A stretch of 64,000 nucleotides of DNA, taken from assembly GCF_009914755.1 (NCBI RefSeq), contig NC_060937.1, one strand, 5' to 3'. This DNA comes from the human T2T-CHM13v2.0 reference genome, Homo sapiens. The notes under the pieces are model-generated. The model saw only the letters and a list, made by a program, of their open reading frames with translations. It did no database searches and was not told the DNA's origin. Positions within the stretch are counted from its first letter, which is position 1. Each line of letters begins with the position of its first letter. Positions 12,373 through 26,522 of the stretch are shown piece by piece. A program made the translations under genes and the position numbers.

Positions 12373-15300
12373 ATGACAGGATCAAATTCACACATAAGAA
12401 TATTAACCTTAAATGTAAATGGGCTCAATGCCCCAATTAAAAGGCACAGACTGGCAAATTGGATAAAGGGTAAAGACCCATTGGTGTGCTGTATTCAGGA
12501 GACCCATCTCATGTGCAAAGACACACATAAGCTCAAAATAAAGGGATGGAGGAATAGTTACCAAGCAAATGGAAAGCAAAACAAAAAGCAGGTGTTGCAA
12601 TCCTGGTCTCTGATAAAACAGACTTTAAACCAACAAAGATCAAAAAAAGACAAAGAATGGCATTACATAATGGTAAAGGGATCAATGCAACAAGAAAAGC
12701 TAACTATCGTAAATATATATGCACCCAATACAGGAGCATCCAGATTCATAAAGTGAGTTCTTAGAGACCTACAAAGAGACTTAGACTTGCACACAATAAT
12801 AGTGGGAGATATTAACACCCCACTCTCTATATTACACAGATCAATGAGACAGAAAATTAACAAGGATATTCAGGACTTGAACTCAGCTCTGGACCAAGTG
12901 GACCTAATAGACATCTACAGAACTCTTCACCCCAAATCAACAGAATATACATTCTTCTCAGCACCACATCACACTAATTCTAAAAGTGACCACATAATTG
13001 GAAGTAAAACACTCCTCAGCAAATGTAAAAGAAAGGGAATCATAACAGTCTCTCAGGCCACAGTGCAATCAAATTAGAACTCAGGATTAAGAAACTCACT
13101 CAAAACAGCAAAACTACATGGAAACTGAACAACCTGCTCCTGAATGACTACTGAGTAAATAATGAAATTAGGCAGAAATAAATAAGTTCTTTGAAACCAA
13201 TGAGAACAAAGACACATTGTACCAGAATCTCTGGGACACCGCTAAAGCAGTGTATAGAGGGAAATTTATAGCACTAAATGCTCACAGGAGAAAGCAGGTA
13301 AGATCAAAATCAACCCTAATATCACAATTAAAAGAACTAGAGAAGCAAAAGCCAACAAATTCAAAAGCTATCAGAAGATAAGAAACAACTAAGATCAGAG
13401 CAGAAATGAAGGAGATAGAGACACGAAAAAACACTTCAAAAAATCAAAGAATCCAGGAGCTGGTTTTTTGAAAAGATAAACAAAATAGATAGACCGCTAG
13501 ACAGACTAATAAAGAAGAAAAGAAAGAAGAATCAAATAGACACAATAAAAAATGATAAAGGAGATATCGCCACTGATCCCACACAAATACAAACTACCAT
13601 CAGAGAAACCATAAACACCTCCATGCAAATAAACCAGAAAATTTAAAAGAAATGGATAAATTCCTGGACACATACATGCTCCCAAAACTAAATCAGGAAG
13701 AAGTCGAATCCCTGAATAGACCAATAACAAGTTCTGAAATTGAGGCAGAAATTAATAGCTTACCAATCAAAAAAAAGCCCAGGACCAGACGAATTCCCAG
13801 CCAAATTCTACCAGAGGTACAAAGAGGAGCTAATACCATTCCTTCTGAAATGACTCCACACAATTGAAAAACAGGGAATCCTCCCTAACTCATTTTATGA
13901 GGCCAACATCATCCTGATACCAAAACCTGGCAGAGACACAACAAAAAAAGAAAATTTCAGGCCTATATCCCCGATGTACATCGAGGTGAAAAGCCTCAAT
14001 AAAATACTGGCAAACTGAATCCAGCAGCACATCAAAAAGCTTATCCACGACAATCAAGTTAGCTTCATCCCTGAGATGCAAGGCTGGTTCGACAAATGCA
14101 AATCAATAAACACAATCCATCACATAAACAGAACCAATGACAAAAACCACATGATTATCTCAATAGATGCAGAAAAGGCCTTTGACAAAATTCAACACTC
14201 CTTTATGCCAAAAACTCTCGATAAGCTAGGTATTGATGGAACATATCTCAAAATAATAAGAGCTATTTATGACAACCCACAGCCAATATCATACTGAATG
14301 GGCAAAAGCGGGATGCATTCCCTTTGAAAACTGGCACAAGACAACGATGCCCTCTCTCACCACTCCTATTCAACATAGTATTGGAAGTTCTGGTCAGGGT
14401 AATCAGGCAAGAGAAAGAAATAAAGCGTATTCAAAAAGGAAGAGACGAAGTCAAGTTGTCTCTGTTTGCAGATGGCATGATTGTATATTTAGAAAACCCC
14501 ATCGTCTCAGCCCCAAAACTCCATAAGCTGATAAGCAACTTGAGAAAACTCTCAAGATACAAAATCAATGTGCAAAAAAATCACAAGCATTCCTAGACAC
14601 CAATAATAGACAAACAGAGAGCCAAATCCTGAGTGAACTCCCATTCACAGTTGCTACAAAGAGAATAAAATACCCAGGAATAGAGCTTACAAGGGATGTA
14701 AAGGACCTCTTTAAGGAGAACTACAAACCACTGCTCAAGGTAATAAAAGAGGACACAAACAAATGGAAAAACATTCTATGCTCATGGATAGGAAGAATCA
14801 GTATCGTGAAAATGGCCATGCTGCCCAAAGTAATTTATAGATTTAACGCTATCCCAATCAAGCTACCACTGACTTTCTTCACAGAAGTAGAAAAAACGAC
14901 TTTAAATTTAATGTGGAACCAAAAAAGGAGCTCATATAGCCAAGACAATCCTAAGCAAAAACAGCAAATCTGGAGGCATCATGCTACCTGACTTCAAACT
15001 ATACTACAATGCTTCAGTAACCAAAACAGCATGGTACTGGCACCAAAGCAGATATATAGACCAATGGAACAGAACAGAGGCCTCAGAAATAACACCACAC
15101 ATCTGCAACCATGTGATCTTTGACAAACCTGACAAAAACAAGCAATGGGGAAAGGATTCTCTATTTAATAAATGGTGTTGGGAAAACTGATTAGCCATAT
15201 GCAGAAAACTGAAACTGGACCCCTTACTTACACCTTATACAAAAACTAACTCAAGATGGATTAAAGGCTTAAATGTAAGAACTGAAACCATAAAAACCCT

Positions 15301-16194
15301 AGAAGAAAACCTAGCCAATACCATTCAGAACATAGGCATGGGCAAAGACTTCATGACTAATACACCAAAAGCAATGGCAACAATAACCAAAATTGACAAA
15401 TGGGATCTAATTAAAATGAAGAGCTTCTGCACAGCAAAAGAAACTATCATCAGAGTGAACAGGTAACCTACAGAATGGGAGAAACTTTTGCAATCTATCC
15501 ATCTGACAAAGGGCTAATTTCCAGAATCTACAAAGAACTTAAACAAATTTACAAGAAAAACAAACAAACAACCCTATCAAAAAGTGGGCGAAGGATATTA
15601 ACAGACACTTTTCAAAAGAAGACATGTATGCGGCCAACAAACATATGAAGAGAAGCTCAACATCACTGGTCATTAGAGAAATGCAAATCAAAACCACAAT
15701 GAGATACCATCTCACGCCAGTTAGAATGCCAATCATTAAAAAGTCAGGAAACAACATGCTGGAGAGGATGTGGAGAAATAGGAATGCTTTTACACTGTTG
15801 GTGGGAGCGTAAATTAGTTCAACCATTATGGAAGACAGTGTGGCGATTCCTCAATGATCTAGAACTAGAAATACCATTTGACCCAGCAATCCCATTACTT
15901 GGCATATACCCAAAGGATTATAAATCATTCTACTATAAAAACACATGCACACATATATTTATTGCAGCACTGTTCACAGTAGCAAAGACTTGGAACCAAC
16001 CCAAATGCTCATGAATGATAGACTGAATAAAGAAAATTAGCACATATACACCGTGGAATGCTATGCAGCCATAGAAAAGGGAGTTCATGTTCTTTGCAGG
16101 GATATGGATGAAGGTAGAAACCATCATTCTCAGCAAACTAACACAAGAACAGAAAACCAAACACTACATGTTCTCACTTGTAAGTGGGAGTTGA
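12373..16194 (+). pseudogene. L1 ORF2p (endonuclease/RT), disrupted
   Basis: MTGSNSHIRILTLNVNGLN (EN), [22 protein letters not shown] (YADD-equivalent FADD mutated to FADG); many stops and frameshifts. Confidence 0.92.
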
Positions 16195-17409
16195 ATAATG
16201 AGAATATATGGACACAGGGAGTGGAACATCACACACTGCAGCCTGTCATAGGGTGGGCGGCTAGGGGAGGGATAGCGTTAGGAGAAATACCTAATGTAGA
16301 TGACGAGTTGATGGGTGCAGCAAACCACTATGACACGTGTATACCTATGTAACAAACCTGCATGTTCTGCATGTGTATCCCAGAACTTAAAGTATATGTA
16401 AAAAAATGCAATGATAAACCTCTTTGTCACTAAACTTTTGTGCATATTTCTGAATATTTCCTTTTGATACATTTTCCACAGTAATCACATTTTTTTTTAA
16501 ATTTATAGACATGACAAAAATGCTCTTAAAAGATCTTTAAAAAATTATTTTTTAAAATGCCACTGACTACACATTCACAGACACAGACACACAATAGAAA
16601 AGATTCAATAAATTTAAGAATACCCCAGGCCTACCTCAAATCTTTAACAGCAGAATCTCCCATTTTTAACCTTCTTGTGCAGTCACCAGTGAATTGTGAC
16701 TAGACATGTCTGAGAAAGACACCTCATTTAAAAAAGCATCACCCCGGGTGAGGTTACCCTGGAGTGGGGAATTCGTGATTTAGTGAGAATAATGAAGTAA
16801 AGTCCAATTTGATAAAACCTCTCACTCCTTCCTTCACTTTCTCTGCCTTAAGGGAAGAAAAAAGAAAGCCAATTTCCAGACCTGATTTACTGACATTTTC
16901 CACAGGCTGGCTTTATGCTCATTTCCTCTCAGCCTGGTTGGCACTACTGGAGTCCTTCATTTTAAACTTCCTCGTCCTGCCTTTCACTCAGGATGGAAAA
17001 AAGATCTCAACAGCTGTCTTTGCATTGTCTCAGTAAAGGTTTTGCAGATTTTAAGAGAAGTGAAGAATTTAGCAAATTGTCAGGTTTTCAGTTCCACTCA
17101 TGTCATTAGGCACATGAAGAACTGAACAGGCTTTGAAATGAAAAGAGAACAGATTTTATTTTGGTAACCAGTAAGCCTTCCACAAGCCTTGAATGAACTC
17201 CACGGGGAGAACCTGTCTCATGTGACTGCTTCCCAAGCTGCCCTGATGTGACCACACTGAGGCAGCAGCATGGGGACCCAGAATGGTGGCAAGCAGAAGA
17301 AAAGAACGAACAGAAACTGAACAGTATTAACACTCCAAAGGAATCTCAGTGCTGAGCCCTTTGGCTCATCCATGCTCTGCTGGGATCAGGTCTGTAGCTA
17401 AGGCTGAGG

Positions 17410-17512
17410 TGGAGCAAAACCAAGATGGTGGAGATGTTGGCAAAATGGAATAAAACCAAGATGGTGGAGATGCTGATAAATGGAGCAAAATCAAGATGGT
17501 GGAGATGTTGAT
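17410..17512 (+). repeat. Tandem repeat, 3 x ~35 bp, each with CAAGATGGTGGAGATG
   Basis: Units 17410-17445, 17446-17480, 17481-17512; consensus TGGA(GC/AT)AAAA(C/T)CAAGATGGTGGAGATG(T/C)TG. Confidence 0.92.
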
Positions 17513-18094
17513 CTTCTAGCCATTCTCCACATTTATCCTACTTTAGTAGCTTTATTTTTCTCATATGCTCATGGATTTTTAAAATATACCTGCATTATCA
17601 AGATTTTTTTTCCAGAAAGAATCTGATAGATTAATTATCTCCACACTTTAGCCTTTAGCAGAAGTTAGGGATTGATAAACTGGCAGGGCAGGTGAGGATG
17701 GCTTGCCTCCAAAATGCTACCAGTCATAGGGGGCTCCCTTTCTTCTTGTAAGGAGAGTAACAATGGCTCTTTCTATTCCACCATTCTTGGAGAACAGTAA
17801 TTTGTTGAAGAAAATGAAATGGAGTTTGTAGGTGAATGTGCATTTCAAGTTATAAATTAAAAAATAAAACTCTAGTACCACATAAGAGTTTTCTGTGTAT
17901 GTCTGTTTAAAGTCAAGAATAGCGGTGATATAATAACAATAATCCAAATTGATCAGCAGTTATAATTTTTCTCTTCTTTTGCTCTCCTCTACTGGGTGTC
18001 CCTGAACTCTGCTTCTTTGAACAATGTTGTTCACTCATCTGGATTAGCATAAAGACTCATTTTGGAAATTATATTCCACTATTGCTATTTGTTT

Positions 18095-19465
18095 TTACAG
18101 TTTTCAATTCAGCTCCTACTTAAGTTATTCAACATCACTACCATAGTTGATCTGTAATACCGAGAGCATGCACTCTCCATCAGTTAAAAAACAATGTCCT
18201 TGAAACATATATTAATCCATAGGTAGTAGAACATTAAAACATTTCTAATCCATTTCACTGAAGTTGCTGTGAACTGCAGCTCAACAAACAAGGAGGTTAG
18301 AACATCATAACTGATGGAGAAAACTCAACCCTGCCATTCCAGGTTGGTTGCAAGAATGCTGGGACGGGAAGCTCAGGGAAAGGAATCCAGAAGTTCAGCA
18401 TGCAGCCTTGGTGTGGGTCAGGCACAGCCAACTGCTGAAGGTGTGTTTTGTGTCCAAGCTGGCAGGTTTACTAGGGTACGCCTCTTGAAGATGGTGGGTA
18501 GCCTGATTGGAGCCTAGAGTCAAGAATGTCAATGGGTTGGCCCTTCTGATGAGTTATAGTATCATGTCCCAGGAGAGCTAGATTTTCACGAACTCATTTC
18601 CTCAAATTCAAGGTTTTAGATAGTTTCTCTCCATGGCTATGAGGAAATGAAAATAATTAACTATGAAACAGTGACTTTGTCAGTCTTAGTGTTACTGCCA
18701 TAAAACTTTCTGGCCATATGGGAGGAATTTGTTTCTCTGGTCTGATGTGGCCTGGTGTCAGCTGGAGGGGATCCATCTCAGCACTGATGTCACTCCTGGC
18801 CTGTTGTGTACTGTGTGCTTGGGTATCGAGTCATGGTCTGAAGTTCATCTTCATTGATCATCTCATAGTGAAGTTAATTATTTCTGAGACTCTGAAGTCA
18901 TGGTCTGTTGTGAGTTCAATCAGGATGAAACTAGAATCATTAAAGAATGAGAGGGTTACTTTCTTCCTGCTGACTGGAGAGTGATTTTCAAACACTCCTT
19001 AGCAGTAGACTCTTTTGGTCAAACACACCTTTCTGCAGAATTCCAATATAGGAAATAGGTAAAAGTAGATGTTCTCTGGTACCCCTGGTGTCCAACCACA
19101 GACTTTACCCCCAGACACAGCATGAAGCCTGCTCAGGAAGAGATACCACTGACCAAAGTGGAAAATTCCTCTGCAAATTTGTACGGGAACAGAACCTGCT
19201 TGCACTGTGGTAGCACATGGAAAGAACCTGGCGACACTGAGGAATGTCATAGGAAGCAATTCTATGAAGCTTATTTCTGTGTTTACTGCAGGGATGTTGT
19301 CAAGGATGTGGTTGATGACATTCCACAGTGTTTCCTTTATGATGATCTGCTGAAGAAATTTTCCTCTCCCCTCAGGATGATGATTAACCACATTTCTCCT
19401 GAGCAGCTGGGCAGTTGACATCTTGTAGGTATTGTAAATTGTGGCCTGTCCCTATGTGTACCTAT
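18095..19465 (-). pseudogene. Endogenous bornavirus-like glycoprotein (EBLG) remnant; non-retroviral endogenous viral element
   Basis: Collinear frameshifted peptides versus Borna disease virus G as I recall it: RCQLPSCS 19400-19423 (YCSFADCS); SLLL/GVF 18990-19011 (SLLLGVF); SFFND...INFTMR* to 18858 (SWLNH...VNVTFMAW); YPSTQYTTG 18799-18825 (YPPVDYNG); RKFYG 18697-18711 (RYFLG); GHDTITHQKGQPIDIL 18522-18569 (GHETDPINHAYGTQADLL); WIPFPELPVPAFLQPTW 18339-18389 (WVHIGLPSFAFLNPLGW); KWIRNVLMFYYLWINICF 18202-18255 (WLRDLL plus TM). Confidence 0.8.
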
Positions 19466-19469
19466 AGGG

Positions 19470-19633
19470 TAGGGTTCTCAAACCTTACTGCACACTGGAG
19501 TCATCTAGGGAGGTATTTAAATGCCAGTTTCCAGGCTTACTCCAGACTAATTGCATCAGAATCTCAAGAGGGGGATCGACATCTTTAAAAAGTTTTCTGG
19601 GTGACCCAAAGAGTAGCCAGTTTTGAAAAAAAC
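19470..19633. mobile_element. MER5A-like hAT-Charlie DNA transposon
   Basis: AGGGTTCTCAAACCTTACTGCACACTGGAGTCATCTAGGGAG...ATCAGAATCTC...TTTAAAAGTTTTCTGGGTGA. Confidence 0.75.
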
Positions 19634-19822
19634 AAAAAAAAGTTTATTTAATCAGGGAGCCTCTGAAGACACCTGGTTTCTGTTGAATATATCTTTTTTT
19701 TTTTAAATGAGAGGATATCCATGCATATGTATATATACATACTAGCTTATGATTATTAAATAAATGGTTAAAATAGTCATCTTCTTTTAGAGTAAAATTC
19801 AATTATTCTTATAGCTTCCTCC

Positions 19823-20303
19823 TGTAGTAAGGTGCTACTTAGGATTTTCCAAGAAGCAGACACCAAGTTGGAATTAGATGTGCAAGAAATTTACCAACAA
19901 GATGCCTGGGAGGGAAAATAGAGAGGAAGCTAGGAAGGGCTGTGACAGCTGATAGTGCCAGCTGTTGGTCTGAACTTTGGGAGGGAGAGAGTGAAGGAAT
20001 AAGGGGTGGGTGAGGAGTCCTAACTTGAGTGCAGTTGTAGGTAAGCCTGGCAAGGCTGATGGGGAGCCTTGAGTCAAAGTGATCAGTCAGAGAAGCTTGA
20101 GGCTCCCAGGGACGGGCCAGACTTAGGATCCTGCCGTTGTCTTAGCTATTGATGGGGAGCAACCGAGTAGGGTGATGTGGGGGCGTGAGGAGCTGGCCTT
20201 GTGCTAAGGCAATGGCGGGTTTCAGAGCGTAGCACTCGGGGCCAGCAATCCATGTGCTTGCTGTAGTTGCAGATCTGAGAAGCATGTTTTTCTGGCAGTC
20301 ACA
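19823..20303 (-). mobile_element. LTR16-like (ERVL) solo LTR
   Basis: AGCAGACACCAAGTTGGAATTAGATGTGCAAG...GATGGGGAGCC...GATCTGAG...GGCAGTCACA; TG...CA ends. Confidence 0.75.
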
Positions 20304-20731
20304 GTATATCACCTGAATTCCTTGCCCCCCCGATTCTTCCCATCATTTGTGTTTAGAAATAGCAAAGGATTGTGAGGAGTGAGGATGTGTGACACGAGGA
20401 TGAAAGAAAGCAGCAGGGTCAGGAGAGTGGCAAATGGGGCTTTGTGAAGGTTGCTGCAGGGCATTAGATGGAGAATTAGTCCTGGTTCAGCAACAGATCA
20501 AAGAGAAAGAGGCAGGGTGGGGGCAGGAACAACTGGGAGAGGAGTGAGTAAAAAATTTGGAGCAGGAGTGAATAGACTGCTGGTTAGACCTTAGCAGAGA
20601 CAGATTAAAGTGTGGGTGTTACTTGCTCATAAGAAATAGACGCATATTTTCACCTAAGGGTGGCTACCTCGCCCCATCCAGCAAGGCACATTTCAGCTTT
20701 AATATGAAGAAACACACGTGATTTCTTTAGC

Positions 20732-20900
20732 ATAGTGGTTTTCTTTCCTGGTCTTATGTTAGAATCATTTGGAGATCTTAAATATACAAATATCTGAAAC
20801 TTTAACAGAATAATTAAATGAGAATTTTTGAGGGCAAGTGCAGATATCAGCATTTTTTAAAAGCACCTCTGGTGGTGCCAATGTGCAGCCCAAGTTTAGC
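20732..20900. mobile_element. MER5-like hAT DNA transposon
   Basis: TTAGAATCATTTGGAGATCTT...ATCAGCATTTTTTAAAAGCACCTCTGGTG...AATGTGCAGCC. Confidence 0.65.
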
Positions 20901-21695
20901 TGCTTTACCAAATGGGTCTAAAAACTATTAACAGAGCCTGTGAAGGACCCATGAATAAAATATGCATTTATTCACATAAATCTCTGAGAATAATTCGAGG
21001 GTACATGCATTGCATAAGATGCTTCAAAGTGCTAAGATTTGTAAACATTTAAATCATCCATGAAAATTGTGTTTTCAGCCTGACTCTCCCTGTTTGCATC
21101 AAAGACCATGATAAAAACGTTATCTGCTCTGTCACATCAAAATTATGGATAGAACCGCTTCCCATTCCCTCTCACACACTTCTTTTGGAGGCAGAGTGAA
21201 AACGGGTTTCCATTCTTAACAGGTCAAAACAGATCTGAAGCAAGAATGTATAGGCCCACTGCACACACAGCAGAAGGCAACTCCTGCCTGAGGGTTCACT
21301 GTAACAATCATTCATTAAATACTTACCCTGTGCTTGGGGGACACTGAAGCAGATATGTCATAGGACAGGATGACTACTGGTACTCCTAGGACACCCAGAC
21401 CCAGCCCTGCTTGAGAATGGGGAGGTCTGAAGATACAGATCCTAAAAAGGTGGGGCCTTCATAGTGGAAAGAGGAACGCCATTTGGATAGACATGAACCA
21501 CCCAGGAGGCAGTCGTACATTGACTGAAGGACTAGTGGCAACGGTGGGGTAATTTCGTTTTCAGTATAAATCAGCAGTCATTAATTAATGAAGAACCTCT
21601 TATGTGATAGACACTGCAGGATGCTATGGAAATTTGTCTCACCTACTTTTTGAGGGTTCTCTGGTGCTGGCTTCTCCTCTTCCCTGACATGTTTC

Positions 21696-22499
<804 letters not shown>

Positions 22500-22559
22500 A
22501 TCCCTGAAGGATCTCAAATCCATTTGTAGCAAGAAGAGACATGCTGCTTAATTTCTTTC

Positions 22560-24420
<1,861 letters not shown>

Positions 24421-25457
24421 CTTTCTTCTCCATTGCTTGTTTTTAAAATCTTCATTCTTGCAACTTTTCTAGTATTTTAAAATGTGAGATGAATTGAAAT
24501 TCATTCACTTTCAAGTGCTCAACTCGAAAACATCTTTTTGGAGTAGGAATAGTGCTTTTGCATCTACTCTAACTTTAACTCAGAGAATGGAGTTAGAAAG
24601 CTGTGGCTTTAACACTTTGACATTCAATCCCTTTGGCCTTGTTGGGGGGCATTCATTCTGTAATATAAATTTAATAAATCACTGTGCAGCACTTACCAAT
24701 CCTGGATAGCGCTGGCAATTCCAACCTTACATGGTTATTTGCCACATGTGTGTTTCTCACTCTTCCAGCTAGCTTACAGGCTTCCTGAAGGTCCTGAAAG
24801 AACTAATTCCATCTTTCCATCCTTTTAGCAGACTACCTTGGCCACAACAGATGCTCAAATAGCTCCTTCATCTTTATCTATGGTCAATCTAAGTACAAGA
24901 CTATTATAGACACTGTGTGTGTTGAATTTCCTGTTACAAAAAAACAGACAATCTCTTCTTCCACCCAGAACACTCTTTCTTATGTCTCTTCCTGTTTCCC
25001 TCTTGCCTAGCTAACATTTCTGGTAGGTCTAGATTGAGCTGAAGTATTCTTGGACCTCTCTCTCCCCTCCACCGTCATTAGGAGCTCTTTTTCTCTTCCT
25101 TCAAATGTGGGCAGATCTAGAAAAAATCTGGATAAAGCTTCTAGAGAGAACGTATGACTCTGTGGGGTAATTGTTGGTTTTCTGACCCATCTTCCTTAAG
25201 GAGGTAATTGACTCTTTGAGTGCTGGCCCTGGGGGTTCTTCACCTTAGTAAGTAGATGCTCAGCAGGTGCCCACTGAACAAGTGAGTGTATATGAGTGGT
25301 AAGAGGAGTCCCATTGCAGATGCACTAACATGTGTGGTCATCTGGTCTTGGGAGGACTCTCAAAGACTGGTGGGCACTTGCAGACAAAACCTAAGTGCAC
25401 AGCTGTCTAATTTACGGGCACAGGACTCATTGGAACCAAAAAATAATTGAGAAGAGA

Positions 25458-25705
25458 AATAGTATTCATCAAGTAGCTGTTATGTGCCAAAAATTAATAG
25501 ATAATTTTCATGTATCACCTCATTTTAACCTTCAACAATCTGAGTCAAGTGACTTTCTCTCATCATGTAGAAGAGAAACATCTAGTGTTGGGGGATAGCT
25601 GGTTAATAACTTGTCTACTCTTCTCCCAGCTCTCACATGATGACACCATGTTTCAACCCATCTCCCTCTTCTTCTAAAGTCAATATGCTTCCTACCATAG
25701 CATGT
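25458..25705 (-). mobile_element. MIR SINE
   Basis: TTATGTGCCA...ACCTCATTTTAACCTTCAACAATCTGAG...AGAGAAAC...AATAACTTGTC. Confidence 0.55.
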
Positions 25706-26232
25706 TATTTAGAGGGAGACAAATGCATTGAATTAATCTGTTAAAATACTAGAAATGAAAATCAAAGAGCTTTATTTTATAAAATATAATAATGATTGTT
25801 GAAAATGAACACAAATCCTTACATTGAGATCAAGCTGCTTTTCATTACAAAGTATGCAGAGGCAAAATCTATCATTGCCAATACCACCCTTGACAAGTCT
25901 GCTAAATGATGATTGAAATCCTTGAACTAGGCTTACAGGATAAAACTTGGAAAACTCAAAACTGGCAGGCACTTAGATATCCTGCATAATCACTGGAAGT
26001 TTTTTGTTTTGAACATATGTCCTGTCATTCTTTTTCCTGAAGGTTCAAACAGCCAAGAGGTCACGGTATTGTTGATTTCCATACAAGAATCCAAAGGAGC
26101 AAAGGCTTTCCTTTGATTTCAATCATCTCACGCATTGGATTGGAAAGCGGGATATCAACTCATTAAAATGTCATGCAATGTTTATGGGTCTAAACTCGGC
26201 TCCATGACACTTGGCAGAGAGTGATGAGGAGT

Positions 26233-26522
26233 TATTTTTATTTACTTATTTATCTATATTTTTATATATATGTAATAGGTGTACATATTTTCAGGATACA
26301 TGTGATAAATTGACACATTCATATAATCAAATCAGGGTAATTGGGACATCCATCAACTTAAATATTTATCTTTTCTTTATGCTAGGAGCATTTTAATTGT
26401 TCTCTTCTAGCTATTCTGAAATGTGTGATAGCTTAATGTTAACTATAGTCACTCTATGGATCTATTCAAATACCAAGTCTTATTTCTTCTATTTACCTCT
26501 GTATTTGTATCCATTAATCAAC
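26233..26522 (-). mobile_element. L1MA 3' end
   Basis: GTGTACATATTTTCAGGATACATGTGATA...ATCAAATCAGGGTAATTGGGACATCCATCA...TTAACTATAGTCAC. Confidence 0.85.

Larger units (their letters stand above)
9942..16400 (+). mobile_element. Full-length LINE-1, L1PA7-like, ~6.46 kb, retrotransposition-dead
   Basis: 5'UTR start (GGCTGGCAAGCTGGCCAAATAGGAACAG...), ORF1, ORF2, and 3'UTR with GGAGAAATACCTAATGTAGATGACG...TATCCCAGAACTTAAAG; TSD AAAAATAATGCAATG (9927-9941) / AAAAAAATGCAATG (16400-16413). Confidence 0.97.

Noticed and set aside
17410-17512. Repeat-spacer pattern as a CRISPR array
   Set aside because: Eukaryotic context, spacers are homologous to each other, and there are no cas genes; it is a plain tandem repeat.
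18720-18776. DPLQLTPGHIRPEKQI resembling bornavirus L (DPTSLNIAQVYRPERQI)
   Set aside because: Isolated match with no flanking L motifs, embedded among collinear G motifs; treated as coincidence.
19122-19418. Plus-strand 98-aa ORF with CxxC pairs and an RT-like D..K..D.IP..L...L stretch
   Set aside because: Upstream extension of this frame is studded with stops at near-random frequency. It is better explained as the antisense shadow of the minus-strand G-like fossil.
18999-19421. Minus-strand 140-aa ORF as an intact gene
   Set aside because: The G-like motifs in this interval fall mostly in the other two minus frames, so the ORF is a frameshift mosaic rather than a preserved protein.
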